Assembly: GCA_051294905.1 (NCBI GenBank)
Contig: CM119371.1
Span: 16,556,001-16,620,000 of the forward strand
Direction: 5' to 3'
Length of the DNA: 64,000 nt
DNA from: Botryllus schlosseri
Lineage: Eukaryota
A program made the translations under genes and the position numbers. This document shows, piece by piece, positions 26,789-39,845 of the stretch. Position 1 is the stretch's first letter, and the number at the start of each line of letters is the position of its first letter. The notes under the pieces were generated by a model. The model was not told the origin of the DNA. It worked only from the letters and a program-made list of their open reading frames with translations, and did not search any database.

Positions 26789-27246
26789 TGGGCTTACCAT
26801 ACGTCCTTTTTTAAGAGAATTTGTCCTCTTTTTGGACTTTTTTGAAAGTGTCCTCGGAGGACGCCCGTTTGTGCTCTTTTTTGAGATTTTGTCCTCTTTT
26901 TTGAAAATTTAGGTAAGATTTAGAGCAAATTGCAAGTGATATGCCGCAAAGTAGCACAGAAGTGAAGCTCCGGCGGGTATTTCGGAGTGAAAAACGGTGA
27001 ATTTAGCTCTGAGCGAAAAGATGACCTTCTTTTATTTTTTTTTATTTTTTTTAGTCATCCACCTGGCAACGTGGAGAAAAAAAACGGTATTTTGAGCTCT
27101 GAGCGGAAGTGATGACCTTTTTTTCAGTCAACCGATCACAAAGTGGGAAAAATTCACCGGTTTTTGAGAATTCTACTTCGGTTTTGCATCTTGCAAATTT
27201 CTGAAAAAGTGTCCTCTTTTTACATTTCCAAGATATGGTAAGCCTA
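26789..27246. mobile_element. hAT-type MITE with GTCCTCTTTT repeats, family B
   Basis: TIR TGGGCTTACCATA...TATGGTAAGCCTA; perfect TSD CTATAGCC; homologous to 59105-59479. Confidence 0.92.
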
Positions 27247-29419
27247 CTATAGCCTATGTATGAACAATATAATTTAGATAAAATCGGCTGATGATTTATC
27301 AGCCGAAACTGCTGCATCACTCACTGCCCTAGCTAAGCCATTGCACCACTTCGAAGTCAAATCAAGTGGTGCGTACGCCACGGGAGTTCCTTTCATCCAT
27401 GATGTCATAAAATCTCGACGCAAAAGTTTAATTTTAGAATATTATGCAACACAGATACCAGAGGCGGCATAACGCATAAGCGGCATAACTTTTAAAAAAT
27501 ACTCTAATTTATGTTGATTCACGAAATAATTTTGGGCCCCTTCGAGTTCGACAATTGGAGAGTTTGGGGTGCGGCAGTTACGGTCCTGTTCCACAGAATC
27601 CCCACTACCCAGCACTTTTGTCATGATAGAGCAGCTATTTGCTGGTTTGACTACACAAGACACACAACCACACAAGTACGGAAGACAATCGCCTATAACT
27701 GCAACGTAAAACGTATTGTGAACCGATACAAGTAAAACTTTAAAATGTCGTGAAAGCGTTATTTCACGTCAAACTAGTCGTTCTGGATGCGTTTGTGGCG
27801 CCATGATTAGCCATTCAGAATTAAAAATGAGGTTTTGTGAACAACACACGCAATATAATTTTCGATACATACCTACATTCCAGAGGAGTTAATTTGTAAG
27901 GGTAATTGCGCACGTGTCTCCGTGAATATGTAGACTGTCCTGTATATAGTTTTCAACAAATGCGTCTATTCCCCACCAGGACCCATTGAATTCCCCACCG
28001 TTTGGGAACCACTGCTCTAGTCGCTATTAGGGGCAAGTCGGTGACATTGGCACCCCATTCCGAGAAGGCAAAAAATGCCCGATCTGGTTTCAGAGTCTTA
28101 TGGACATATGATCCGAAAACTAGTTAGGCCTGTTCACCGAAGCGACAACGCCAATACGAAACCATTTTATGCAGGAAACATAGATAATATAATAGTTGCA
28201 CGGAAGCATAAATCAAATATCTGTGGTCGCACTGATGTATCACTTCTGACACAAAAGATCCCCGGCCTCCCGAGAAACCCGAATCATGATTATATAACAT
28301 ATAACGGTATTCAAATGGCTAATCACCGTATTTCTTTTTGCAATTCAGTTATTTGCGAATAAAGGTGTTGGTAGAATTGAACCTCTATGCTTGTTCCGTA
28401 ATATAATATAAATAATACGTAATACAAATATACACTCTTAGCGAAAAGAGTGGGTATACTCACCCCAAAAGGTGATACACGAAAACAGAACTTACGTAAC
28501 CCTGCGGGTGTATATGACCAGAATCCGCCCCATTCCTTGCGGTGTATATCGCATATCTCACCCTAGCCATTAGAATTGATAGGGGCGGAATTTCAATATA
28601 TACACCCTACTTGAAATCCTGTATCTTCTGCCAAATGACACACTATTGCAAATAAACATTCTTGATTGCAATGCATATATTCGATATCAATTGAACCATG
28701 TTAACATAAAATGGAAACATAGTTCGTGAAATAACAAAAACAGAGATCCCAGCGACGGAGAAAAAAATTCACTGAAAATAGTGCTCGAAGAATATTGCCC
28801 CTGTAATATTGGGAAGCCGCCTCCTCCAGGTTTCCTCAAAACACTCTTTGTACAGCGAAGGTTGAGTCACTATCTTCAGCAAGAACTTGTGGCATCATCC
28901 TGAAATCAAAATGCATACTCACAACCCAATTAACAGGCACATATGCTATGATAACTTAACGAAGTCCACAAAAATAGAAGCCGTTACCAAGTATATATAT
29001 TTTCAGAGTACTTACAAAAAATCAGATGTTTCACTCGCTAAGGCATTGCAGTACAGACTGTGGCCCGATACTGTGAACTTACCGCTATAGGAAACATATT
29101 CACACACGTTCACTGATGTGTGGGCAATTAGGCATCGACAAGATGGAAATTTATGGATAAACCGCATGTACCAGGCAGACTTGGACAGGACAACTAGAAA
29201 ATGTTCCCTTTTTCCAAATTAGATTTTTTTTTTCGAATTAAAGTAGAATTAAAATTATAGCTACACAGTTTGAAATTAGATTAAAATTATAATTCTAGCT
29301 AACAAATTAGATTAGAATTAGCATGACTGAATCGCGAAAAGTTGAATCAAACTCAGTTAATATCAAATCATAGTTCATCTTATGAGCATGAGAATAGCAA
29401 ATGTCTGTACACTGTACAG

Positions 29420-31227
29420 CAGGGGTGGGCAAACTACGGCCCGCGGGCCGCATGCGGCCCGCCACACCGTTTTGTGCGGCCCGCGAAAGCTTCAAGAAAC
29501 GATGTAAAAATTGAGAAAATACGTACAAAAATCGAATTACTGTGGGTACTTGATTAAACTTTTTCTCAATATACATGATAATGATAAGTTATGATCTTAC
29601 CAGGACCGTAACTGCCGCACCCCAAACCTCCCAATTGGGGGGCCAAAAGTATTTCGTGAATTACCATAAATAATATAGCATTTTTTTTTTAATTTATGCA
29701 ACTTTTCCAAAAAGTTGTCGCTTAGTGCGCGATTTAATGTTGTCGAATGACTTGATTATTGGGTACCCTTCCCCCAACAAAAAATACGCCTGATTTATAG
29801 AAATGGGCACTTCGGCGTCGGCCATTACCGCGCCACGCCGCACCAAGACATATGAAGTTATAGATAGGCCATGCAACAATGTAATATGCGACGCCGAGAA
29901 GTGTGCCAGAACGATCGCCGCGAGAAGACCTTGGCCGAAAAGGACTATGCCCTTGTTCTGACCAGAAACTTCGAGATGTATACATATTATGTTTAATTGT
30001 CCACAGACACTTATAAATGGCAGGCGCTGAATGTTCCGGTCCCGGCGATCTGAGCCTTACAAGACAATTGCCATCTCGAGGGAACATTATTTGCCTGCAA
30101 AGAGATACCAATTTGAAATCGTGTAGTCTTTAAGCTTAGTACGTTTAGGCGATTTCAATATCTTTTGACATAGCAGGAGGTCACGAAATAGCATCAGGTA
30201 ACGAAGTCAATATATCAACGGGTACGCCCGATAATGTTTATTTGTTATTTCAGGGTCCTACTTATTTCCAACACACCGCACACAGCTCTACCGGTAAATC
30301 TGATTACGTGGGCAGATAGAGGATAAACAGTGATAGCAATATGTATGCAATTCCCGATCATCTTTACCGATTCAATGATGGATTAGAGAAATTTTTCGCA
30401 TTTCGCGCGTTACGACGGAACAAATACTAAAAGGACCCCAAAATGTTGATGATAAGTAGGGGTCAAGCAGCGTATAGCAGAAGTTCGGTTCATCACCTTA
30501 TGGGGGGCCCAAGACCAACGTTTTGGGGGCCTCACGAAGTCCTGTTATGGTTCTGATTCTTACCATAGTATTTTTTATTCCATTGATGGTGCGATAGCCC
30601 GATCTCGAGGCCAAGGTATATTGCAAGGTTTCAATTGCTTACAGAAAGTGAAAGTAAATGACTTAATTCGGACCACGAGTGTGATTGTAGATGGGCAACA
30701 CGAGCAAGTTTAGTACTTTTAGTGATGTACTTGGAAAAGCCGATTCGCGAGTGTGTTAGATAGATTGGTTCTTTGTATGTGGAGAATTATTTATATTTAT
30801 AATATTTATATATTGTAGAAATGTAATTAAAGGTAACATGATGGTCATGATGCTGTCTGCATTGTGTGTGCTTGAGTTGAACCAAAAGTACAATCAGCAT
30901 AGCATATCTATGAAGAGATCGCTGCTCACAGACTTAATTTTACATCCATACATAATCGGGACAACCGACTTTCATCTCTAATTTTGACCATGAAGACAAC
31001 CAGTTTATAAATTCTCGTCAATGTTTCTAACGCGTATACGTTATCATCAAATCAATGTTTGGTTTGGTTTGAATTCACAAAACATATTATTTCCATGTCG
31101 TCGGTCACTATATAATCATATAACAATATTGGATTTGGGCTTTGTATCGCAATTTTATATAGTGCGGCCCGCGAATGGATTCAAATGTTGAATGCGGCCC
31201 GCGAGCTAAAAAGTTTGCCCATCCCTG
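29420..31227. mobile_element. hAT Charlie/Buster-type MITE, family A, present only in dimer copy 1
   Basis: TIR CAGGGGTGGGCAAAC...GTTTGCCCATCCCTG; perfect TSD CTGTACAG (29412-29419, 31228-31235). Confidence 0.93.
29601..30555. mobile_element. Nested hAT-type element
   Basis: TIR CAGGACCGTAAC / GTTATGGTTCTG; TSD GATCTTAC/ATTCTTAC (6/8); its terminus recurs inverted at ~27510-27588 and its interior recurs inverted at ~55330-56030. Confidence 0.8.
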
Positions 31228-31242
31228 CTGTACAGTGTACAG

Positions 31243-32171
31243 TAGGGTTGTTCAATAAAAACCTTCTTTTCCAAATCTCACTCGCTTAGTGTTTAAATTA
31301 TCAGGTTGTCTAAGAAGACGATGCACACCAAATTTGAGTCAATTCCAACCAGTAAAGGCCGTGCAATCTTGAATTGAAACTTTTAATTTATTAGGAAAAA
31401 AATTTTCAAATTTTCAAATTTTCCTGTCAACCTCATGAAATTGTTGGGTTGTCTTCAAAAACGCTGCACACCAAATTTGACTCAATTCCGACCAGTAAAG
31501 GCAGTGCAATCTTGAATTGAAAGTAGAAGGAGAGCTATTTTGAGTTTTTCGTTGATAATCCCCAGTCCAATGGGGATTTCAACTAGTAGAAGCAGAGCTC
31601 TATGAGTTTTTCGTTGATAATTCCCATTGAATTATTGCTACATTGCATTGCCGCATTGCTACAGGAGAAGAAAGTTTTTGTTTATTATATAAAAATGAAT
31701 AAAAAAAGACTTGAAATTTTCTGTTCACCCCATTAAATTGTTAGGTTGTCTATAGAAACAATGCTCAACCGATTTGGCTCAATTCCAACCAGTGGAAGCG
31801 GTTGGATTTGAATATTATAGCATTTAAGGGGACTGATTCTTTAATCATTTATTACAATTGTGGCCACCGTAAATACTATTTTATTCAATTTAAATTTTTT
31901 CAACATCAATAACTCCGCTTCGGCTGGTTTGTATTGAACCAAATTTGGTGGGCATCGTTTCTATAGACAACCTAACAGTTTCCTGGGTAGACGGAAAGTT
32001 TTGAATTTTTTTCACTCATTTCTAAATAATAAATAAAAAACTTCCTTCTGCAGCAATGCGGCTTCTGGTTGGAATTGAACCATATTTGGTGTGTAGCCTT
32101 CGATTCGCTAATCTAATAATTTTATCAAGTAGCCAGTAAAATTTGAGAATAAAATCATTTTAACACCCTTA
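31243..32171. mobile_element. Palindromic foldback MITE, family C
   Basis: TAGGGTTGTTCAA...TTAACACCCTTA; TSD GTGTACAG/TTGTACAG; long inverted arms built on CCAAATTTGG motifs; internal partial duplication ~31300-31520. Confidence 0.82.
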
Positions 32172-33264
32172 TTGTACAGCAAGCTTGGCCGTTTCGCACT
32201 ATACAGTTCTGCTGTAGCATTTCCAAGAAAACCAAACATTAAATTAGAAATGAAACCAGGCTATAGAAAGATTTCATACATTCGATTAGAATTGGAATTA
32301 GAGCTTAGAAACATTTCACAAATTAGAATAGCTTCATTTAGTATAATTAGAAAACTAGAATATCTATAGTTGTCCCACCGCTTGTATCAGAAATAACTGA
32401 ATATATTTTGAAGATTCTTTCTGTTAGAAGTGTCATATGCCATTAGTAATTTTATATTAGTCGCAAACATTCATATGGTAATTTTCAAAGTAGAAACCAC
32501 CAAAAAACTGCTTACCATACTTGTCTATTTTTCCGACATTTCGTATTCTACTTCTACTTGACGTAGCTTTGACTTGTACTGGGGACTGTGCATCTACTTG
32601 TAATCGAGTATAAATTGACGACGGTATTTCTACATCGACTTGAGTAGCAACGCTGGTAACTTTGACCATCTCTGCTTTGGTTTACCTCATATATGCGACT
32701 ACGAAAGTTGACATCAGGTGTCGCTAACAAAGTTGTCATACCTGCTGGCTTGATAACGATTCTTTCAGTTTTCGCATCATACCCTCAAACTCCGTTAGTT
32801 CCTGTGATAGAATCTTGCTCTTGCAGCATGCAGTCTTTAAGCAGCATCCTAAATTTGAAGAAAATCAGAGAAAGACATGCATGGACTTGATTTAAATCTG
32901 ACTACTTGGTATTAATACAAAACACGAAACGTTTCCTGGTTGGGCAATATTAACTTTCAGAGTGGATTCAAAGCGACCACAGATACTAGTCTGATTATAC
33001 AAACCTTGACTTGCCTCATATATGGAAATTAGCAAATTAGCTGGAAGCTAATGATTACCTTGCAATATGTGCTGTTTGATGAAGGTCCATCACTGTTTCG
33101 AAGCATACGGTTTTACGGTTCAATGCGACGTCGACTTGGTTGATATGCCCTGACATGATCGTGTATCATAACATCCTAAAATTGAAAAAATAACCACGAA
33201 GTATAAACGTTTAGTTGACAATTTGGATTGGATTCTAAACTCCCAAGTCATCTGATATGTGCAC

Positions 33265-33935
33265 TAGGGGTCTTCAAAAATGACTTTTTCTCTCAAATCG
33301 TACTGGCTACTTGATAAAATTGTTAGGTTACCTAATTGAAGCCTGCACACCAAATTTGGTTCGATTCCAACCAGTAGCCGCATTGCTACAGGAGAACAAA
33401 GTTTTTTACTTATCAGGCCTATATGAAAATGAGTAAAAAAATATTTAAAATTTTCTGTTCACCCATTATATTGTTAGGTTTTCTATAGAAACAATGCTCA
33501 ACTGATTTGGCTCAATTTCAACCAGTGGAAGCGGAGTTATTGGCGTCGAAAAATTTTGGATTTCAGTAAAATAGTATTTACGGTGACCGATTTTTTAAAT
33601 CATTTATTACAGTTGTGCCCACCGTAAATACTATTTTATTCAAATCCAAAGTTTTCGACATCAATAACTCCGCTTCGGATGATTTGAATTGAGGCAAATT
33701 TGGTGGGCATTGTTCATAGACAACCTAACGGTTGCATGGGTGCACAGAAAATTTTGAATTTTTTTGACTCATTTTTACATAATAAATAAAAAAAACCTTT
33801 CGTCTCCTGTAGCAATGCGGCTGCTGGTTGGAACCGAACCAAATTTAGTGTGCAAGCTTCAACTAGGTAACCTAAAAATTTCATCAAGTAGCCACAAGAA
33901 TTTGAGAATAAAAAGTCATTTTTGAACACCCCTGC
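33265..33935. mobile_element. Palindromic foldback MITE, family C (duplicated together with its flank)
   Basis: TAGGGGTCTTCAAAAATGAC...GTCATTTTTGAACACCCCTG; ~330-bp arms meeting near 33600; followed by the same CAGCAAGCTTGGC flank as the other copies. Confidence 0.85.
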
Positions 33936-34157
33936 AGTACAGCAAGCTTGGCACGTTTCGCACTATACAGTACTACTGTAGCATTATAAGGAAAATCAGA
34001 CATTGGATTATAATTAAAATTAGACCATAGAAAGATTTCATAAATTCGATTAGATATAGGACTTTGCTATGAATTTAATATTGATTCAAAACACGTTTGA
34101 AACGTTTCCTCCTCAGGCAATATTGACTTTCAGAATGGATTCAAAGGGACCACAGAT

Positions 34158-34678
34158 CAGGATTGTACTGGCTTGAGTCATGAATTGACTCGACTCACGA
34201 ATTTCTGATGACTCGACTTGACTCGAGTCATTTTCTCAAAATATGGAAATGACTCGACTCGAGTCAATCAGTGTATTGACACGACTTGGACTTGAGTCAT
34301 TGCGCATGACTCGAACCTAGTCATATGACTCAAGATTCAGACGGCCAAAACCTACATTTCTTTGAAATTTCGGAGAATAGTAAAGTAACCTCACTATTTA
34401 GATTACGCCTATTGGTACTGGTACTTAAAATTTCGACCAGTGAGGGAAATTTGTATATTTATAAATGCGAACCCTTCGATATCACCAAACAGAGTTATAA
34501 AAAGTGGATTGAACAAGATTTCAACTGGAAGCTGATCAGTCAACACAATGACTTGGACTCGGAGTCATAATACCATGACTCAGTGGTCAAAGAAAAATGA
34601 CTCGACCTGACTCGAGTCAAAACTATATTAGTGAGATTGACTTCTGACTCGGAGCCTCGTGACTTGGTTACAACCCCG
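34158..34678. mobile_element. hAT-type MITE with GACTC repeats
   Basis: CAGGATTGTA...TACAACCCCG; perfect TSD CCACAGAT (34150-34157, 34679-34686); an empty site is visible at ~32977-32984. Confidence 0.92.
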
Positions 34679-37600
34679 CCACAGATAGATGTTTAACTGT
34701 GTCTTGATTTGAAAACGTTGACTTGTCTTATACTTCGAAATTAGCAAATTATCTGGATGATAATGATTACCTTGTAATATAAGCTGTTTGATAACGATCC
34801 TTTACTGTTTCGCATCATACGCTTCTACCGTTAAATGTGACGTCGATTTGGTTGAAATTCCCCGATATTTTGCTTGTATAGCAGCATCCTAAAATTGAAA
34901 AAATAACCATGAGGCATACGGTAAACATTCAGTTGATAATTTGGGTTGGATTCGAAACGCCCAAGACATCCAAAATGTGTACTGATGTTGTAGCCTTGAC
35001 TTGCTTTAATGCTTGTTAATAAGCAAGTTAAAATACAATTTTGCAACTCTCCTACGCATGGTATATTACTCACCAACAACATATTTGATTTCACATTCAC
35101 AGAGTAAGAGTCTGCTACTAATAGCAATCAGTCCTTGAATCTAACAAAAAGCAGATTTGTGCATGTCATGTCATTTGTGTATGTCATATCATGAGTCAAG
35201 AAGTGCATATATTATTATTTGTTTATATTGACCAAAAGGACAGTTTGATCAACTTTGGCAAGGCTATGTTTGCCTCTTCATATTGGTCAAAACATTGAAG
35301 ACCCAGCTAATCCGTGCATTGTTGCACACCCAGTTGACCGCAGTAGCGCGCATTGCTACTCAAGCAATAGATGTAAATTTCTACTCAATGACAAGCATAT
35401 AGAAGAGACTATGTCAAATCCATGTCAAGCTGCTTCAAATTAAAATAAATATATGAACAGAACTCAGAGAAGTAGTTTCAAAAGAAGTAGTCTAGTTGAT
35501 GGGTCACATACTCTTAGCAGATAGTCTGAGCGGGGCGCTGCAAAATATGTTCAATACTAAGGCAAGCCTGTTCCTAGTCAAGTCTCTCATATTCATAGTG
35601 ATAGCAATATAGCATCGTCATATTTTCACCCATGTCATAATATCATTAACATTTACTGGCCCCAATTTACGGGGACCGAAAGCTTTCATCATCAAATGTC
35701 CATTGCTCACCTCAGATACCATTGCTTCATATTCTTCAGCCCTTTGCTGTTTGTATGTTACACTTGTTTTCTCATGAGCAGAAATCGATAATTTCATTCT
35801 TCAAGAGCCCCAAATTTGCGATCTATGCCCATGCAAGTCTGAAGTAGAATAGATAATATGTTTAGCTTCCTGCCATAACATAACATAACATATAATGTGT
35901 ATATATCTCAGTGATAATGACAGGGTGATAGGCTGATAACATAACTCTGCATAGTCAGTGGCTACCTTTACACTTAAACAGGCGGTGATGTGCTTTGGTA
36001 ATCATAATACTTACCTATATAACGACAATCGATTTTTTTTTCAACGCACTTACAAACGATGTTGATCTAGCCCAAATTACCGTAGTTTATAATCAAAGCT
36101 GATGCTGTACCTGTCTACAGTATCTCCATTAGAGCCATTGAGCTACTGTGTCTTGGATATTGGTATCGGTACTGGTGATACAACAATGTATGTGAATTCA
36201 ATGTATCGTCACTACCGGTACGTTTAAAATTCCAGCTTGCTACAAATAATTCTGTTCAGTACAGCTGCAACACTGAGTAATACGAATCGGATCTGTACCG
36301 GAAACGCAACGGAACAAATGTTCTCTACTACTATAGTACGGTACCGATACGAAATGTAACTCACCATTCAGATATTTTCAATCTCGAATGAGGCTTTCTT
36401 CACGGATTCACGACAACTAATACGGTCAGTCGATAGGACGATAGCCAGTCTGGTCTCGTAAGCGCGGAAATACGGCATATAACGAAACATTTTACATAGC
36501 TGTAGCGAAACATAGCAGCAGCTGTTCTGGTGACGACGGTTTGTATGTTCCATTATGATGTCACAATTGACTAACTGATGCAATAACTATATTGAAGTTA
36601 AGGATCTCCGGAATATTTGTATGTATACTATAATTGATTTATCAGAAATGTGGATTTGATAGCTGTGAAGCTGCAGATTACATTATAATAAGCTTAAAAA
36701 AGTCTTGCAGTACTAGATTCATCTTCATAGATCGAACCATTGATACGATCCAAAAGCTGTATGCGAATTGTCGTTGTCGGTTAGGCTTAGTGTGCAATTC
36801 ATAAAGCTACCAAATAGTGAATAACACAACAATATAGATATGAAAATAACCAGTAAACTTTGCCCTAATTTAGTCCCTCTTTCGCCCACTTCCACGATTG
36901 TTCCGTGACGTAACCTCGTGTCCCATTTTAATTTGAATACTTGCTACGCCCATATTGCGTACTGCTCCCGTAAGTTTGTGGCTAAAATTTGACTCCTTCT
37001 AGTATTCCCAGCTTTAAATACCCGTAACCTGCATTATACTGTAGTTATACACTAATGCCGTGCGGCATAGGCCCGATATATTTTGTACATAGATATAGCC
37101 TACGTACATTCGTACAACTGTGCAATGTGCATTTGACGTTGGCATGAAAGAAATGATAAACCAATATCGTGGCAACTTCATAATGTGTCGTATTTTTGCC
37201 ACACACTTGAGATACATCGGTCACACTATAGTAGCCAGGGTGAAATTTCAGCCAAAGTACGGGTACCGCAGTGCACGATAAATGTGAATTACAATATGAT
37301 ATTGTGGACTTAGCTATTCTTCATTCATGTCGATGTAGCACACCACGAACTAATACAACGAATGCTTATTTGTCACTGAAGCTAAAGCTACATGCGTAGG
37401 CGAATTTACTTGATCGAACCGGGTTAAATCCATAAAAACTGAACAATGCAACATTGCCTAAGCCTACCCAAGAAGCCTTAAAGACACGGACAACAATAGA
37501 GTGGGCGAAACACGCATTTTCGGTGGATAATTAAAACCCAAAGAGAATATGTCCTACGCTACCTACAGTTAGACACAATAGGCTTAACCAGGCTTCTGAC

Positions 37601-38911
37601 CGACACAGACTTAAAACTTCAACAGTTTTGTGGAAGCTTGTGGAAGCGGTTAGCGCGGATTGAATCCCAAACTTCATATTTGTCTGACAAAAGGTGTGAT
37701 CTCTAACAATTCACCCCAAATGCCAATGCTTCGGGTGTATATTTTATGGTATGTGTGTATAGGGGTGTATTTGGCTTATTTCCACCAATAGCTTAGGTGT
37801 AAATGACAAATTTAGTACCCAATGAGTGTGATTACTCAAAACACACCCTACGCTAGGGTGTGAATTGCGAAAACACACCATTTTCGTTTACAGTGTAGAC
37901 TTCACTCTTAGCGAAAAGAGTGGTTATACACACCCCAAAAGGTGGTACACGAAAACAGAACTTACGTAACCCTGCCGGTGTGTATGACCAGAATCCACCC
38001 CATTCCTTGCGGTGTATATCGGATATTTCACCCTAGCCATTATAATTGATTCGGGCGTAATTTCAATATATACACCCTACTTGAAATCCTGCATCTTCTT
38101 CCAAATGGCACGCTATTGCAAATAAACTTTCTTGATTGCATATATTCGATATCAATTGAACCATAATAACATAAAATGGAAACATATTTCGTGAAATAAC
38201 AAAAACAGAGATCCCTGCGACAGAAAAAAAAAATTCACTGAAAATACTGCTGGAAGAACATTGCTCATGTAATATTGGGAAGTCGCCTCCTCCAGGTTTC
38301 CGCAAAACACTCTTGTACGGCGCAGGCAGAGTGACTATCTTCAGCAAGAACTTGTGGCATCATCCTGAAATCAAAATGCATATTCACAAAATCACAACCC
38401 AATTAACAGGCACATATGCTAACATGCATAACTTAATGAAAGACCACAAAAATAGAAAGTACTTACAAAAAATCAGATATTACACTTGCTAAGGCATTGC
38501 AGCACAGACTGTGGTCCGATAGGGTGACCTTACCGCTATAGGAAACAAATTCACACACGATCACTGTATGTGTGGGCGATTACGCATCGACAAGATGGAA
38601 ATTTATGGATAGTTTTCATGAAAACGGCATGTAACAAGCAGACTTGGACAACTAGAAAACGTTTCCTTTTTCCAAATTGGATTGGAATTAAATTACAACT
38701 ACATGTTTTTTTTTCGAATTAGAGTTGAATTAAAATTATAGCTACACAGTTGGAAATTAGATTAAAATTATAATTCTAGCCAACAGTTTTTCTCAAATTA
38801 GATTAGAATTAGAATAACTGAAATCGCGGAAAGTTGAATCAAACTCCGTTATTATCAAATCATAGTTCATCTTATGAGCATGAGAATAGCAAATGGCTGT
38901 ACACTGTACAT

Positions 38912-39571
38912 TAGGGGTGTTCAAAAATGACTTTTTCTTTCAAATTCTACTGGCTACTTGATAAAATTGTTAGGTTACCGAATTGAAGCCTGCACACCAA
39001 ATTTGGTTTGATTCCAACCAGTAGCCGCATTGCTACAGGAGAAGAAAGTTTTTTATTTATTATATGAAAATGAATGAAAAAAGATTTACAATTTTCTGTT
39101 CACCCCATTAAATTGTTAGGTTGTCTATAGAAACAATGCTCAACCGATTTGGCTCAATTCCAACCAGTAGAAACGGAGTTATTGCCGTCGCTAAATTTTG
39201 GATTTGAATAAAATAGTATTTACCGTGACCGATTCTTCAATCATTTATTACAAATTGTGCCCACCGTAAATACTATTTTATTCAAATCCAAATTTTTCGA
39301 CATCAATAACTCCGCTTCGGCTGGTTTGATTTGAGCCAAATTTGGTGGGCATCGTTTATATAGACAACCTTACAATTTCATGGGTGAACAGAAAATTTTG
39401 AATTTTTTTTACTCATTTTTAAATAATAAACAAAAAACTTTCTTCTCCTGTAGCAATGCGGCTGTTGGTTGGAATCAAATCAAATTTGGTGTGCAAGCTT
39501 CAATTCGGTAATATAACAATTTTATCAAGTAGCCAGTAGAATTTGAGAATAAAAATTCATATTTAACACCC
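38912..39571. mobile_element. Palindromic foldback MITE, family C
   Basis: TAGGGGTGTTCAAAAATGAC...TTTAACACCC; same site as 31243-32171 in copy 1. Confidence 0.85.
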
Positions 39572-39845
39572 AGCAAGCTTGGCTTGTTTCGCACTATACA
39601 GTTCTCCTGTAGCATTTCCAGGAAAAGCAGACATTAGATTAGAATTAAAATTAAACCACAGAAAGATTTCATACATACGATTAGAATTGGAATTAGAGCA
39701 TAGAAACATTTCACAAATTAGATTAGGATGATTAGACAACTAGAATATCTATAGTTGTCCAAGTCTGGCAACACCGCCTGTATCAGGAATAACTGAATAT
39801 ATTTTTGAAGATTCTTTGTGTTAGTAGTGTCATATGCCATTAGTA

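Larger units (their letters stand above)
28433..37895. mobile_element. CACT-ended (CMC/EnSpm-like) non-autonomous element, copy 1 of a tandem dimer
   Basis: Begins TA|CACTCTTAGCGAAAAGAGTG and ends CACCATTTTCGTTTACAGTG|TA (imperfect TIR); ACACCC-type subterminal motifs; colinear with 37903-45730. The superfamily is inferred from the CAC..GTG termini and TA flanks only. Confidence 0.75.
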
